Below are positions 13,634 through 27,850 of a DNA stretch of 64,000 nucleotides, piece after piece; the stretch's first letter is position 1, and each line of letters begins with the position of its first letter. The stretch comes from Amphiscolops sp. MND2022 (Eukaryota), in the NCBI GenBank assembly GCA_964187785.1, contig OZ076409.1:7070001-7134000 (forward strand), in the 5' to 3' direction. The notes under the pieces are model-generated. The model was not told the origin of the DNA. It was given only the letters and a program-made list of their open reading frames with translations, and searched no databases. The position numbers were made by a program, and so were the translations under genes.

Positions 13634-15580
13634 ATGACTGTCTGTGAAAATGCACAGAAAGAAAACGAAGACCAAAACAACAATGCGCATGTAAACAACC
13701 TGCAAAACACCCGTCCAACTTCTAACAGCTTTGAAAAAGGATTGGAACCCGGAGATGTGATTTGGGCCAAAGTGTCTCATACCAGTTTTTGGTGGCCGGC
13801 GGTTGTAATATCGGATTCTCAGTCAACGTCAGAAAAGGACAATGCTATCAATGAAATCACCAGCAAGCAAAAGCAGTACCACGTTTCAACATTAGGTGCT
13901 TCTGAAGACCCCCTGGAATTTCACTGGGTCAAACCCACTCAAGTTGTCAAGTACAAGTCGTCTTATGACTACCAGGCGCTCAGTACCAAATCACATAAGC
14001 TTCGCAACGAGAACGAAAGCACAGTGATTCCTAAAGAGTTGCGACAACGTTGGCGACGCGCTAATATTGATGCCATTGAATTGAAAAGCACGTTGGACCT
14101 CAAATGTCGGCTGGAGAAGTTCAAAGGTGGCTTCAAACAACGAAGATACGCTCTTCCCGAGGAGGCCGTGAAGACATTGCATTTCGAAAGGAAAACAGAT
14201 CAAGCGTTGCCATGGAGATGTCGGAAAAACTGTTCCTTGATACGAGCATTGCGCCATGTCCGCAAACGCAAGTACGGAGATTTGAACTCGGACAGTGCCG
14301 ATTCTTCCGCCGACGAGTCGTTGCAATGTCCTTCGCCCTCTGTTCGATCGGAAGTTTCAGATGACTACAGAAACCAAACGAGTGAAACTGAAACGGTTCT
14401 GAGTGACAACAGTTTGCTGGAACGAAAGAAGGCAAAGCGGAAACTCAAGTCACTGTCAACTGATCTCGCGCCTCAAGAAACTACGTCAACGTTGGAAGTG
14501 CTCTCCAAAGATCCGGAAATGCTGGAAAATGAAACCAAGAAAAGAGCCAAGTTTAGATGGCGCGAGCGCTCTGTCCTGGCATCTTACGAGTGGTCTGACT
14601 TCATCAAAGAGCCAAGCTCGTATAAAAATTGCGTCTGTAGGTTATGTGAAACGAAGGGGGACCTATTGTTATGCAAAACATGTGTCAGTTTCTATCATCG
14701 CAGTTGCTATAGTTTGACCTACCCGAAGAAAACAATTGGTGATGCGATTAGTTTTATGTGCCTAGATTGTCAGGAATCCTCAGTAGCTTGTTTTTCATGC
14801 GATGAATACATCACAGATCTCACACACGAAAGCGTCAAGCTCTGTTTAGTCAAATTCTGTCAGAAGGCGTACCACGAAAAATGCATTCAAAAGTATAAAG
14901 TGAAACTAGACAAAGATTTGGAAGATGCTCCAAGTGAGAAGAGTTCTAAGTTTGTTTGTCCAAGGCATGCGTGTGCCTCGTGCTACACCTCAGACCCGCA
15001 CGATTCCAACTTTTCTCAGGGAAAATTCATCAAATGCCACCGATGCCCTCTGGCATACCACACCAATAACGACGACATTTGCATTCCCGCTGGCTCCAAT
15101 ATCCTGTCAAGCACCTATTTGGTTTGCCCATTGCATTTTCCATCCTCAAGTGTCAAAAAAATCAACGTCAATTGGTGTTTCTTTTGTTCCTCGGGAGGCG
15201 ACTTGGTATGTTGCGAGTACTGTCCGGCTGCGTTCCACAGATCCTGTTTGCCTGAGGATGAAGAAATTCCAGACGCAAACCACTGGCTTTGTGAGAACTG
15301 TCGTTGCGGAAGCTTCCCGAAGTACGGAGACACTGTTTGGGCAAAACTTGGCCTCTACCGCTGGTGGCCTGCAAACATTTCCTGGCCTTGGTCTATTCCT
15401 AATTCTGTCATGCGCGCCCCAAACCACATGGGCCAATATGTCGTGGAGTTTTTCGGAACTCACAATTTTTCCTGGTTGCCCGGAGACCGTGTGTTTCTAT
15501 TCGAGGAAGACGACGAAAAGAAAACCAAGGTTGCAACTTCCTTGGGTCTTAACAAAAGCTTCGAAATTGGCATGAAGGAA
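13634..15580 (+). CDS. NSD: NSD/Mes-4-family histone H3K36 methyltransferase, coding segment 1 (PWWP1, PHD fingers, PWWP2)
   Basis: PWWP motifs GDVIWAKVSHTSFWWP and GDTVWAKLGLYRWWP...VEFFGTHNFSW; Cys/His PHD fingers (CRLC..CKTC..YHRSC; NVNWCFFC..GGDLVCCEYCPAAFHRSC). The ATG follows acceptor-like tttcagttag. Homology ends at the MITE starting at 15581; the exact donor is uncertain. Confidence 0.93.
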
Positions 15581-15934
15581 CAGAGTTTTGAATTCGTTGA
15601 TCAGCGATTCAGCGAATTAGCGGCGACGCAGAATTTTTTCAGCGATTTTACTAACGGTTCAAATTAGCGGCAACTGATAGGTTGTCCAAATACTAAATTT
15701 CCTCGAAAAATGGACTGTTTTAAAATGAATTTCCAAAAATTCCAACTCTTACACTTGTAAAACTCACACAAAGTGAGAAATTCTATTCTTTTTTTTCTTG
15801 CAAAAATTGGAATTTTGAAACATACTTGAATTCAAACACTTGATAGTTTGAAAAAAAGTTTTTTAGCGACATAGCGATTTTGATATTAGCGGATTTAGCG
15901 ATTAGCGACAAAAATTAGCGATATCAAAACTCTG
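15581..15934 (+). mobile_element. hAT-like MITE (family CAGAGTTTTGA) inside NSD coding sequence
   Basis: TIRs CAGAGTTTTGA / TCAAAACTCTG; perfect 8-bp TSD TGAAGGAA at 15573-15580 and 15935-15942. Confidence 0.93.
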
Positions 15935-15942
15935 TGAAGGAA

Positions 15943-16618
15943 ATAACTGCTGCTTACAAAGCGCAGTGTTTGCGAAACGAGGAAAAGGTTCTTGAGGTCC
16001 AGAGAAAACAAGACAACGCGTCCAGACCTGCGAGCTACCGATACCTGTCACAAAACAGGCCGGTTCATCCGGTGAAAATCCGGACGACAACTGTCGATGA
16101 ATCATCCGTATGTTCGTGTAAAGCCACCGACCCAAACCCATGCGGACCGGATTCGAATTGCATGAACCGGATAACCTACATAGAATGTCATCCGGCATCG
16201 TGCCCTGCTCTGGATAAATGCCAGAACCAGAGGTTCAGAAATTTCGAGTATGTGAACACGGAAGTCTTCAAGTCCACCAACAGAGGCTGGGGTCTTCGTG
16301 CAATGGTAGATGTCAAAACTGATGTGTTCATTGGCGAGTATTGTGGAGAACTCATAGATCGTGCTGAATGTTCTCGAAGAGTGACCCAACAAAATTTCAG
16401 CCAGAATTACAACTTCTATTTCTGTGAACTGGATAAAGACAGAGTGATTGATGCTTCGAAGAAAGGAAACCATCTGAGATTTTTGAACCACAGCTGTGAG
16501 CCCAATTGCACGACGCAAGTTTGGCTGGTTAATGGCGATTTCAGAGTCGGTGTTTTTACCATTCGCGACATCGGTGCTAACGAAGAGCTAACGTTTAACT
16601 ACAATTTTGAAGCTCTTG
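15943..16618 (+). CDS. NSD: NSD coding segment 2 (end of PWWP2 helix, AWS, SET domain)
   Basis: AWS CSC..CGPDSNCMNR..IECHPASCP..CQNQRF; SET RGWGL, FIGEYCGELI, RFLNHSCEPN, ELTFNY; canonical donor CTTG|GTAAGT at 16619 (phase 1). Start given as the base after the second TSD copy. Confidence 0.93.
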
Positions 16619-16784
16619 GTAAGTTGATGATTAACAATACTACTTTTCGTCCTACTACTAATATATATACAACCAGGCAAACTTAACTTTCACCGGTTTT
16701 TAGTTGTAGCTGTTTGAAATATAGACTAACTGTTATTGTGGATTTTTCTTCTTTTTTAAGGAAAAAAATTGGTTTGGTTGGAGC

Positions 16785-17107
16785 CAGAGTTTTGACACCG
16801 CTGAACGATTTTTTTTCACAATCACAATTCAAATTAGCGGCAACTAAAAGATTGTCCAAACTCAAAATGTCCTCACAAAGTTCCTGGAGTTTCAAAATGA
16901 ATTTCGAAAAATACCAACTGTTCATTTGTAAAAGACCCAGTATAAACTTCTTTCTCGTAAAAACTGAATTAAATTAATATATTATTTTAAAACATACTTG
17001 AAGTCTAAACGTTTAATAGTTTGAAGAAAAAGTTTTTCCGTGAAATTGCGATTTTGAAATTAGTGGTTTAGCGATTAGCGAAAAGAATTAGCGATGTCAA
17101 AACTCTG
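16785..17107 (+). mobile_element. hAT-like MITE, CAGAGTTTTGA family, intronic copy
   Basis: Same TIRs; TSD GTTGGAGC/GTTGAAGC. Confidence 0.9.
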
Positions 17108-19864
17108 GTTGAAGCTGCCAAAATAGGTCTTCACTAGAAATCCCATGAATCTCCGGCAGCCGTGGTATGATTGCCTAGTGATGAGAACATAATTTCTAGA
17201 CAGGTCTTTTTCAGTACTAAGCGCGTGCCATTCAAAAATTATTTTTCAAACCAAGGTAGCTAAGTGTTTCAAGTGCGAGGTTTCTAGACAGGTTATGGGC
17301 TCGACAGTTACAATGTTTAACAAGACGCCCGTCAAGCCAGAAAAATTCTAGGCTCTAGCCCGGGTTCGAACACGCCACCTCCTGTCTGCCAGGCGGACGC
17401 TTTACCAACTGGGCCACGATGACTAAAACATCCACAGACAATGGGGTGACAAAATGGAGATTTGGCAGAAAAAATGTATTGAATATGAGTTCTGTGCTTT
17501 TAACCATTTCATTTTTAAACGACTGAAGAAAATTCAAGTTGGATGTTCATTCCAAACATCAAATTCGTTTATTTTTCCGAAAACGATGATAATTATCATT
17601 AAAGTGTTCATTTTTTTCTTGCTTTTAAGCAATGTCTTTTTTTTTGGGGGGGGGGAGGCGTTTATCGTATAAGGTTGAATTAGTTAGAAGCTTTCAAGTA
17701 TATTCGAATCGGTCATTTGTGTTCATCGTAGGATGAGTGTTATCTAAGAGGTGGAAAACAAGAACTATAATATCGTTTCATGATTACTTTCCCTGGATCA
17801 TTTTCCTATCTAGTCATACTGTTTGCTTTGCTACCTTTGAATTAGATTTCATTCAAAACTCTTTCTCAAACGTTCCACTGAACCTTGGCTCTTTAGGTTT
17901 TCTGTTTTAATCCATTGAATGCTTTTCCTATCAATACCGAACTTGTTACATTGATGGTCAACTCTTGTTTGTTGCTTGTTTCCTGGAAATGGTGGTTTCT
18001 GTGCAAACTGGAGAATTTTTTCCCGTTTGTATTTCATAATATAGGAAAGAGTTTTTTCTCGGCCGGCGTTTTCCTGATTTTGCCTTAGTGTAATTTCATG
18101 CTCAAAAAGTTGAGTTTATTCGACAGAATTTATTGACGATCTAATTAACTAACGCGCACACTTTTTAGTCGGCGCTTTTCGAAGAAAAACGCAGACTATA
18201 GTAGTGACTTCTTTTTTTTAAGACCAACGAACTGACAGATTTTATAAAGAGTTAGCTGAGCTGACTTCACTGCACTAACAGTAACTGCAACGCTAGCTAT
18301 CACTGCTAGCACTTGGCATAGAGGTTAATTAAGCTTTTTGAGGTCTGCCAAGCAGAAGGACGTGGGTTCGAGTCCCGTCCTTGATCAAATTTTTTTGTGC
18401 AGGTTTTTTTCGGCTTTGTGAGATTTTTTCGCAAATTTTTTTAATGTCTCCAAAGGGTCCACCCTTCATTTTTTTTTCTATTTTGCATAAGAATGGATGT
18501 TCAAAACCTCCCAAAGGGCCCCTTTTACAATTTTTCGGCACTATGCGACTTACCGGAGACCAAAAAATTTCGAAAAAAATTCAAAAAAATTCGGATTTTT
18601 AAAAATTTTTCCTCACGCGGGTACTGTAGAAGAGAATACTTGACACTTTGAAGTCCTTTTGCTATTTTTGAGCCTTAGATATGGCGCCGACTTGGGCCGT
18701 TCCCGGCTTGTTTAGTTAACTGTGTCCAAGACTAGTATTTCCGTCCTATCGGCGCCTGCGTCTTATCGAACGGTTTTATAAATTCATGTTAACTAACTCA
18801 GTAACTGATGCGTTCCTACAAACAGTAATTATGAAACATTTGTATGTGAAACACGATTTTATGGACGGAGCATTAATTATGGATGTATCTCTTTTATTAG
18901 TTACTGAGTTTCGAACCAATTTAGAAAACAGCTGTGAACGGTTCCTTGTAAAGGTATCTTTCAATACATTTGAATCCGCCTAATTCGTATTGCTAGGGAC
19001 CGACTAAAATAGTACGAATAATGAGAAATACGAATTAACGGATGATACTACTTTGATAGTCGCGAAATGGGGATCTCTGATACATAGGAATCAAACGAAA
19101 ATCCGAATTATCCGGATACGAATATTCCGGAGTTGACTGTATTGAACATGGTCTCTAATGAGACAATTCGATTTTTGAGTTGACTTTTTTCATTGCAGAT
19201 TTTCCGAAAGCTGACCTTTTTGAGTACTTTAGGCCTTGTGGGGCTGATGAGAGTTTTCGCAATAATTTTGAAGTGCTGATAAGAGTTTTTGCTCGGCACT
19301 GAGCGACATTTTCTCGAAAATTTTCATCTTGTCTTGGCACCCCTTCACTTTTTATTACGTTATCGGCTTGAAAAAAGTGTTTTGCGATCTTGAAGGGTCT
19401 CATTTTGGGTTTTTCGGCACTGTGAGACTTTTTCAGAAAAAAAGTTTTTTCAAAATTTTGTGTTTTTGATGTTTCGAGTTAGGGAAAAAGCGGTTTCCGA
19501 GTCTTATGATTTCTGGTATTTTTCGGCACTGTAAATTGATGAAAAATTTCACTATGGTGTCTCTTTGCATATTCAAAGCTCTTTGCTCTGTTTCAACCTT
19601 GAGCGGGGCGCCGACTCGGGTCGCTCCCGATTTGTTTTAATTTTATTTGGCCTTGTTTTGTTTTGCTGAGATGGTCTCGCGCCACCATGGAGACTGCTTT
19701 TGTGACTACTTTGAGAAGTAATAGGTACTTTATCATTGTGTTGAGAGACTTTAAAGTCGCATTTCCATTATGTGTCTGCTGCATTATCAAAAAACGCTTG
19801 TGTGGCGGCGAACACTGATGCCAAAAACAGACACGATAAATAATAAAGCACTGCATAAAATATA

Positions 19865-20311
19865 CAGTCGTGGCAAAAAGTTCTCGTAGTGAAAATTGAA
19901 TTTGCCAATGACATCAAAAAAGTCGTTATAACTTTTTATTGGGTGAATGAAATAGAATGAAAATTTAAACAGAGATTAATAAAAGCTGGTACTACCACCA
20001 GCCTTAATGACAGATTCTATACAATTCGGCAACGAGGCAAAAAGTTGCTTGAGTTGCTTGAGCGATTCGAGGCATATCAAAAGTTGTATAAAGTTATTGA
20101 GATTGAAATTAATGCGTCCATAATTCAATAACATACTTTCAATGTTATGAAAAATTATTAATACGGAAGTTATAGCGGAAATAAAAAACTGAATGATATT
20201 GCATAGTGTACAGTTTGGTTCTGTGAATTCTCTAACTTCACAATGCCGGAAGCTTTGAGTCAGAAAATCGTTTTCCTTTTGTTTTTTTCCTAGTTTCAAA
20301 TATTCACCCAA
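19865..20311 (-). mobile_element. Tc1-like transposon remnant (far end not defined)
   Basis: TA|CAGTCGTGGCAAAAAGT Tc1-type terminus; the minus strand ends LFASLPNCIESVIKAGGSTSFY*, like a Tc1 transposase C-terminus. Confidence 0.65.
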
Positions 20312-23300
20312 GGTTTTTCTGACTGATAACTATGTTCAAATCATTTGAATGGAGTGGATTTTAGCCTTCTGTTTTTATTCGTGTGATAGATGGTCTAAAT
20401 GTTGCAATAATTGCGTAAATGTCCAAATTTGACTAACTCGTTTTTCTCAATTTTTCTTCTGTAATGATTTCAATTGATAGATAACTACTATTAGCATGAT
20501 TTGCATGGAATCCATGCTCGGGTTTTTTTCAGAAACAATTGCTCGAAAACAGGGATAATTATCGTCTTTTGACCTAATTTAGGATAGTTTTCTCATCGTT
20601 CCGCCCCTTTTGGAGATTCAAGGGGAATCCCGTTTCGCTTTGTTTTTAGTCGGCCATGCCGATAGAAATGCCGATTATAGTCGTTGTTTTTTTCAGACCA
20701 ATGAACTGACATATCTTTATGTTCTGTTAGTTCATTTTCATTATTTGTAGCAAACTTTTTTGGCCTAGCGGTTAACATGATTCTCCGGGTCTGGTGACGG
20801 GGTCTGAGAAGCATGAGTTCGTGGGTTTGAGTCCCGCACTGAAACAATTTTTTTATGCCCGTTAAGGTAGAGAAAAGACTTTTAGGTATTTTGTAGTCGG
20901 CGTTTTCGAAGAAAATGCACAACTCTTACAGTGGCTAGTTTTTTTTCGTCAGTTCAACGCGATCGGTCCACTTTTCTACATTGCACTTTTATCATAAGTA
21001 CTTAGTACTTCATTTTGAACCCATCCAAACCCTCTAACATGAAATACAAAACCATTCCCAAGCAGAAATGTCCTCTTTTCCACTTTTTGACACTATAGGA
21101 CTTCCCTTCTTTTTCGGCTTTGTGGGACTTTCTCGAAAGTTTTTTAATACCTTAAAAGGGTCCCGCCGTCAATTTCTTTTCAAATATTTTGCAACAGAAT
21201 GGATGTTAAAAAAATCTCAAAGAGTCCCCTCTTTCTGATTTTTCGGCACTTTTAGGCTGCTCAAATTTCTCAATTTTCGTGTGCTATTAGGTTTGCTCAA
21301 TACATATCTACCAATATTTTTTTCGGATAATGACTATCCGATTTTTTTTTCGGTACTATGCGACGTTTTTAGTCGGCGCTTTTCCATCCAGTTTTTTTTG
21401 TTTTTTTTTCTTCAGACTACAATCCTCACACTGATTGGTCCACATTTCTTACAATTCTTAGAATCTTGAAATCTTACAAAAAAGCTTGCCAAGTAGTATT
21501 TTAACATCATCTAAGAAACTCAAAGGGACCAAAGGTTACTCCCTTAGAGTACTTTCGGCTGTGAGACTTTTTTTTCGAAAAAAAAATTTTCCCCAAAGGG
21601 TCCCCCTTCAATTTTTTGGGAGTTTTCCGACAGAACGGATGTTGAAAAATCCCAAAGGGTTCCCCCTTTCAGTTTTTTCGGCATTGTGAGGCTTTTTCTC
21701 AAAAAAAATTTTCACCAAAAGTGCCCCTCCAATTTTTTTTATGATTTGCCACAAAATGGATGAAAAATCTCTGGTGTCCCCTCTGGTGCGCCAATTCGGT
21801 TCAACTTCTGGGTTTTTCCGGTACCGTAGAAGAGAATACTTTGACACTTTGAAGTCTTTTTGCTGTTTTTGAGCCTTAGATATGGCGCCGACTTTGGCCG
21901 TTCCCGGCTTGTTCTTATTATTTTCCGCCCATATTTCATATGGGAAAGGAAAATATTTAAATCAAACGGGTTTTTTTTTTTTTTTACAAAATTTGCCAAG
22001 ATTTTATTTATATTTAAATTTAAGGGTGTTACCCATAGAATTCAACCCACATAAATTTAGCTTCGTGCGATATGTATTTGTAGAGATTTTTGAAGTTTTT
22101 TTAAAAAATGACGAAAATGACGAAAATGACCCCTTAATGACAAAATGACCCCGAAAATGACAAAAATTCCCAAATTTCTCATTTTTAAACATTTTTATGC
22201 AATTTTTGCCATTTTTTGAGACACCGCGAATTAGAAAAATGGACAAGATGAATCGAAGCTTTCTTTTCTTCGAACTTCTCAGCGTTTTTATAGTGCATTA
22301 GTTATTCTTGAGCCTCAAATTTATGTAGTTGTAGAACAGTTCGGGGCGGAAAATATCCCGCTCCTCAGCGGGCGTCTTGTTTGTTTTTATCCCCCATTCG
22401 ATTTTTAGGCCTTGTGGGGCTCATGAGAGTTTCGGCACTGAGCAACTTTTTGCTCGAAAAAAAATTCATTTGGTCTCAGGGTACCCCCTTAATTGTTATC
22501 ACGTTTCCGACTTGAAAAAAAGTGTTTTGCGATCTTGAAGACACTATATCAGGAAAAAATCGTTTTTTTTTCAAAAATATTGTATTTTTTGATGTTTCGA
22601 GTTAAGGAAAAAGCGATTCTCGAGACTTATGGTATCATTTCTGTACTTTGCAACACTGTAAATTTGATGGAAAATTTCACACTATGTATATCCACTAGCG
22701 CCCCTTTGTATATTCAAAACACTTTTCTCTGTTTGAACCTTGAGCGGGGCGCCGACTTGGGGCGCTTCCGGGTTGTTTTAGTTGTCGCTTCCATTGATAG
22801 CAGTCTCGTCTGCGCCGATAGAAAGTGTCTGTAAAATAGAAGTTTTGATCTGACAAAGTGTCTGTAAAATAGAAGTTTTGATCTGACATGTGACATTTTC
22901 GAAAGTTGGGAGCTTTTAAAACGAAAATTTCCGCTTTACGAGTTTTCTGCCCTGATTTTGACACTATCCACTTTCTTTCATTTGTCAATTTTCCGAAGAG
23001 TTTTGGATCTTCCTAGCGATTTTTTGTTCTATTCTTGTCCTTTGTCTGGGATGATACTTTACAGGTAATTGCATTTGCTTTCATTGCCACGCGTAGGTGG
23101 GCGTGACTGAATTACGTCATTGGAGATGTCATTCATTTTTAATCCATCCACTAACGGAAGCTGTCCCAAAATTTGTTTAGGGTTTTTGTCTGATGAACTT
23201 CCTAATCCAAAACTATTTTGGGTTTTTGCCTGATGAATTTCCTAATCATTCGTTCAAACAGAACTGTTACATTTAAGATGAAATTCCGAGTAAAACTTTT

Positions 23301-26300
23301 TTTTACTTTTTTGGTCGGTGCGTCTATGAATTTTTGTCGTCACTTTCTTTTAGTCCCCTAGTAGTGACTAAAAGTTATACAAAGTTCTATTATTCACCTA
23401 AGATCTAAAAAGCCTAAGAACGTCTGAAGTCGGCGCTATATCTACTCTGTATAACTTTGTATAACTTCTATATACTTTGTATAACTTAGTAAGGCTCAAA
23501 AAGCGCAAAACATTTTTTTTGGAAAAAAAACTTGAAATTTTTGAATTTTTTTCTTTCGAAAAATGTCGCATAGTGCCGAAAAATGTAAAAGGTGGGACCC
23601 TTTTGGATTTATTAACATACATTCTGTTGCAAAATATCAAAGAACGAAAGGGGGACCCTTTAGGCACGCCCGGTTTTGTAGGTTTCCTTGAAAAAGTAAA
23701 AAATGAAAGGGGACACTTTGGACTAAGTTTGCCTTGGCCGGACTTGGCCTTAGGTGGTTTCAGGAATTTTTCTAAAAAGTGGACCGATCGGTGTGAGGAT
23801 TGTAGACTGAAGAAAAAAAGTTCACTGCTATAGTCGGGCATTTTTCCTTAAAAGGAAAATGCGCCAACTAAAAATACAAATTTTTCAGATATTTCTCAAA
23901 ACAACGTAAGCATATTTTTAAAAAGCCTTCTGATTCGCGATCGGAGCACCGACTAATGGCCCTTCCGGCTTGTTTCACTTATTTCAATCAAATCAGCTAT
24001 TATGTCATATAAGATAGCTCAAACTATAGGTTTTTGGGGACTTTGTTTTTTACCCATCTCCAATTTATTTTGGTCCAATGAGATAATTGATGTCAACATA
24101 GTTCTGCATTGATTGACAGTTGAAAGTTACAAATTACGGATGTTATAACGGATAAATTTTGCGTTCGAATAGGGGCCTTATACAATTCTGACTTGTTTGA
24201 GACGTGAAAATTTGCTCTTTTGAAGAACAATTTTAAAAAATTAGGGTGATTTTTGCTGTGAGTGTCAAAACAGCTGTAGATACAATCCTCTAAGTATTTT
24301 CAACCGTATCAAATGCTTTCATTCGTGCAAGAATTTTTCAAGAATAATTTTTTCGTGTTTGGGGGAGGAATAAAAACAATGTTTATCTAGGGGGCGAGTA
24401 GAAAACGTATTCCGGTTTTCGACACAATATCCGCAAAGTATCATAATTTCAACTTGTTTCTTATCGACATTTTTAGTCGGCACTTCATGAAGTGAAACAC
24501 GACTATTATAGTGACTCTTCTTTTTCAATCCACACGTACTGACCAAAATAGTTCTAAAAGTTCTACGAAATTTTATGGTATCAAGTTGAACCATTTGGCC
24601 TAACGAACTGAACCAAAAAGGTTTTTTTTCCGCGTAACATACAGTACCGGGTGAGACTAAAGGGTACCCTTTCAGTTTTTTTCGGCATTGTGAGACATTT
24701 TTCTGAAAAAAATCCCTAAAGGGTCCCCCTTTTAGCGCACCAATTCGGTCGAACAGTAAAAGAAAACTTGACACTTTGAAGTCCTTTTGGTATTTTCGAG
24801 CCTTAGATATGGCGCCGACTTTTGCCGTTCCCGGCTTGTTACTTACTCCAAACTGTTAATTTGGGCCGTTGAAAATTTACAAACTGACATCCAAATTTCC
24901 GAAATCAGCGTGATTTCACATTTTTGATTCCAGCTGGCGAAATCCAACAATTAGACAATGAAAAGTAACAAAATAGACATTCAAGATTAGCTTACGCTAT
25001 ATAATATTTTACAGAACAGGTAAAAGGTAGAAAGAATGATAATGCTGCCGCAAACTTTCTGTATGCTAGCAGTGGTCCCCCAGGGATTAGTAAAATTGAA
25101 TGTCGAATTGTGAATTTCGGATGTATTTCTAGAAAATTTAATCTTTCATCTGATTAGTTCAGGAATTTTGAATGTCGTTTCGCAAATTTTCAACGTCCTA
25201 CGCTGTAATTATTACTAATTGACGACTGATTACTGGGAAAATAGTAATGACAGAAGTATTTTAAATTTTAGAAATCAATTCTGTATATGATGCTTCAAGT
25301 TGATAGATTTTTTAATTGGAGTTCCGTTGTACATATAAATTAATAGGAAGTAATTTATATTACTGAATTTGATTTTTCAATTGTGATGGATCTTTTGCCG
25401 CAATGAGCTTGCTCCCACTGTTTGATGGGCTTCAAACTTCTATAGAGTCTTAATTCGAAGTAGCGTTTTTGAGGCTTCGAGCGAGCGAAGCGAAGCGACG
25501 AAGTCTCTATTGTTCCGCGTTTACTAGCGTTTTGGTTTTTTTTCGCGTGACATACCCTCTGCATTTGTATTAATTGAAGGCTATTTTCTCAGAGCCTATT
25601 TTTCCGCGACCATCCAAACTTTCCAAAAAGAAACGCAACTTGATGCTCTTTCTAACCGTGTAAAAACTTTCCGAAAATTTTCCACCGGCGCGATTTTATT
25701 AGCTTCGAAAGCGCGAAATTTTCGAAAATTTTTAGGGTTTTTGTCGATTTTGCTATTTTTCTTTTCGCAAACCACAGCGAATTGGCCCGATGTAGGTACT
25801 AACCGACGTAAAACGATGTTTTCTTTAATTTGGTGAAAGTTTTTTTATCCTAGAATTATTGGGCTTTGCGAAAATGACCATTAAAAATAGGAAAAATTTT
25901 CGGTTTTTTTGCGTAAAAAATTTCCCAACCTATTTTCAAGTAGCAATCAGTTCTAATCCAAGCAGTGGTGTTTCTACTCGACGACAGGTCTGCTTAGCTG
26001 CCCAAAGTTAGAAATTGGAAAGTCACAACATTTACGTCGGACAGATAGAGACAAAAAAGTTTTCAAATTTTTTGAATTTTTGATAAATTGCTCTCTTTAT
26101 TCAATTTTGTAAAAGTTTTGGCCTATTTTCTCGGAGCCTAATACTTCGAGACCATCCAAAAACTCAACAAATTGTTGGAACTGAATTTGTTGGTGAAGAT
26201 TTAAATGTTGTTGGATTTTCGGGCAGTTCATTGTATATTATACAAATTGTGCTTTACTACGAATCTTGAAATAAATGAATATTTGATCTTTCAATTTTTA

Positions 26301-27536
26301 ATTATTCATTTTCCAAACTAATCTTAGGAAGGAGTGAAATAGACGAAGTTACCGGATCGGTCTTGTAAAAATGCATAGATTGCGGTCTGATTACCCCTAG
26401 TAACCCTCCTACTGTCTTATTTGCACGGCTGTTGTTAAAAATGCTGACTTCATCCTTGGAAGGTTTTTATTTATTTATACTGCTAGTAGAAAATGTAAAA
26501 ATGCTCGAAGACCTATCGGCAATGTACATTGAATCATATACTCCATAATTGCTCCTTGATTTGCTTTGTCTCATGCCTGTAAAATTTTCGGTGAATAGTT
26601 TTTTTGTCCATTTTTGATGTCGGAAACCAAAGTTTTTTTCAGACCTCTCGATGTATGGGTTTTCGAGAGTGAGATCATATTGGACCACTGGAGTACATAC
26701 TCACCGTTAGTTATTGATGATGTGGTTGTTTGAAGCGTAAAACCGCGAAATTTCCGTTCTTAACGTATTCTATCCAGTGAATATCTGCACAGAAGGTATT
26801 ATGCATTACCGCAATATTCCTGAGAGATTTGATGTCATATGCAACGATTAAATCAAGACAACACTAAGTTATATTCACACCTCGCTGTGCAATGATATTC
26901 AACTACGTTGTATTGAAAACAAAAATGATTTCGGATCTTTTCGTGATTTTGCCCCATTCGCAAATTTTAACAGGTTATTCATCCTCTGGTGCCCACTGAT
27001 GCTGGAAGGTTGTTTGATGCACAATTCAGCTAATTTTTAGAACTGAAAGTATACTTGCTAGTGATGGCACGTATCAACCGTCCTATTGATAACTAGGGCA
27101 GCCCTTCCTTTTATATAGTGGTAAAGGCCGAAAAAGTTATGCTTCATAGGATTAATACCCGCAATTCTTTTCAATTTCATTGTATTTTGAGCATTCTCGT
27201 GCCGTATATAACCTTAGCTATACGTCATAACTAATAACTTGGTAATATGGTTCAAATGCACATGATGATAGTCAATTATGGCTGCGGGACCTGTCGCTCG
27301 AAGCCGTGCGCAAATTCCTTTGCGCCTATGTTTTTGTTTAATTAACTTCCGAGGACTTAAATGACAAGCTGCTTTTTAGTTCGTTTTTGCCGACCTCCCC
27401 ATCTGTATTTTATTATAATAAAAAATAATGAAAAAAAATGAAAAGAATGGATTTTACTGGAGGAGAACTGTTGAAACTCTTGAACGTTTTCCGTCTCTAA
27501 TTTGACCTCTAGTTTTGATATTCATGGTCAAAAGTG

Positions 27537-27850
27537 AATACTGTCTCAATCTTCCTGATGAAAAGGACGAAACTGGCGCTGGCGATATCAGTGAAACTTC
27601 GCATTCGAAACAGGGTTCGCATGTTTAAAACATGCCGTGTTTTAAACGCGTTTTAAACATGTTTTAAACAGAGTTTTAAACATGACAAAAACCTTCATTT
27701 CTTTCAATTGTTTGTAGTCGGCGCTTTTTGCTTTTAAGGAAAAATGCCCGACTCTTACAGTGACCTTTTTTCTTCAGACTACAGACCTCACACTGATCGG
27801 TCCACTTTTTAAAGAAACTACTGAAACCACTAAGGCCAAGTCCGGCCAAT
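27537..27850 (+). repeat. Local duplicate of NSD exon end plus adjoining MITE/HINE (copy of 29583-29899)
   Basis: Near-identical sequence from AATACTGTCTCAATCTTCC to GGCCAAGTCCGGCCAAT. Confidence 0.92.

Noticed and set aside
14925..15575. 216-aa alternative-frame ORF and antisense ORFs over NSD
   Set aside because: Shadow frames of a GC-richer exon with no recognisable motifs.
15581..15667. C-terminus QSFEFVDQRF..NGSN of the 677-aa ORF as the true protein end
   Set aside because: It is read-through into the MITE; NSD homology resumes after the second TSD.
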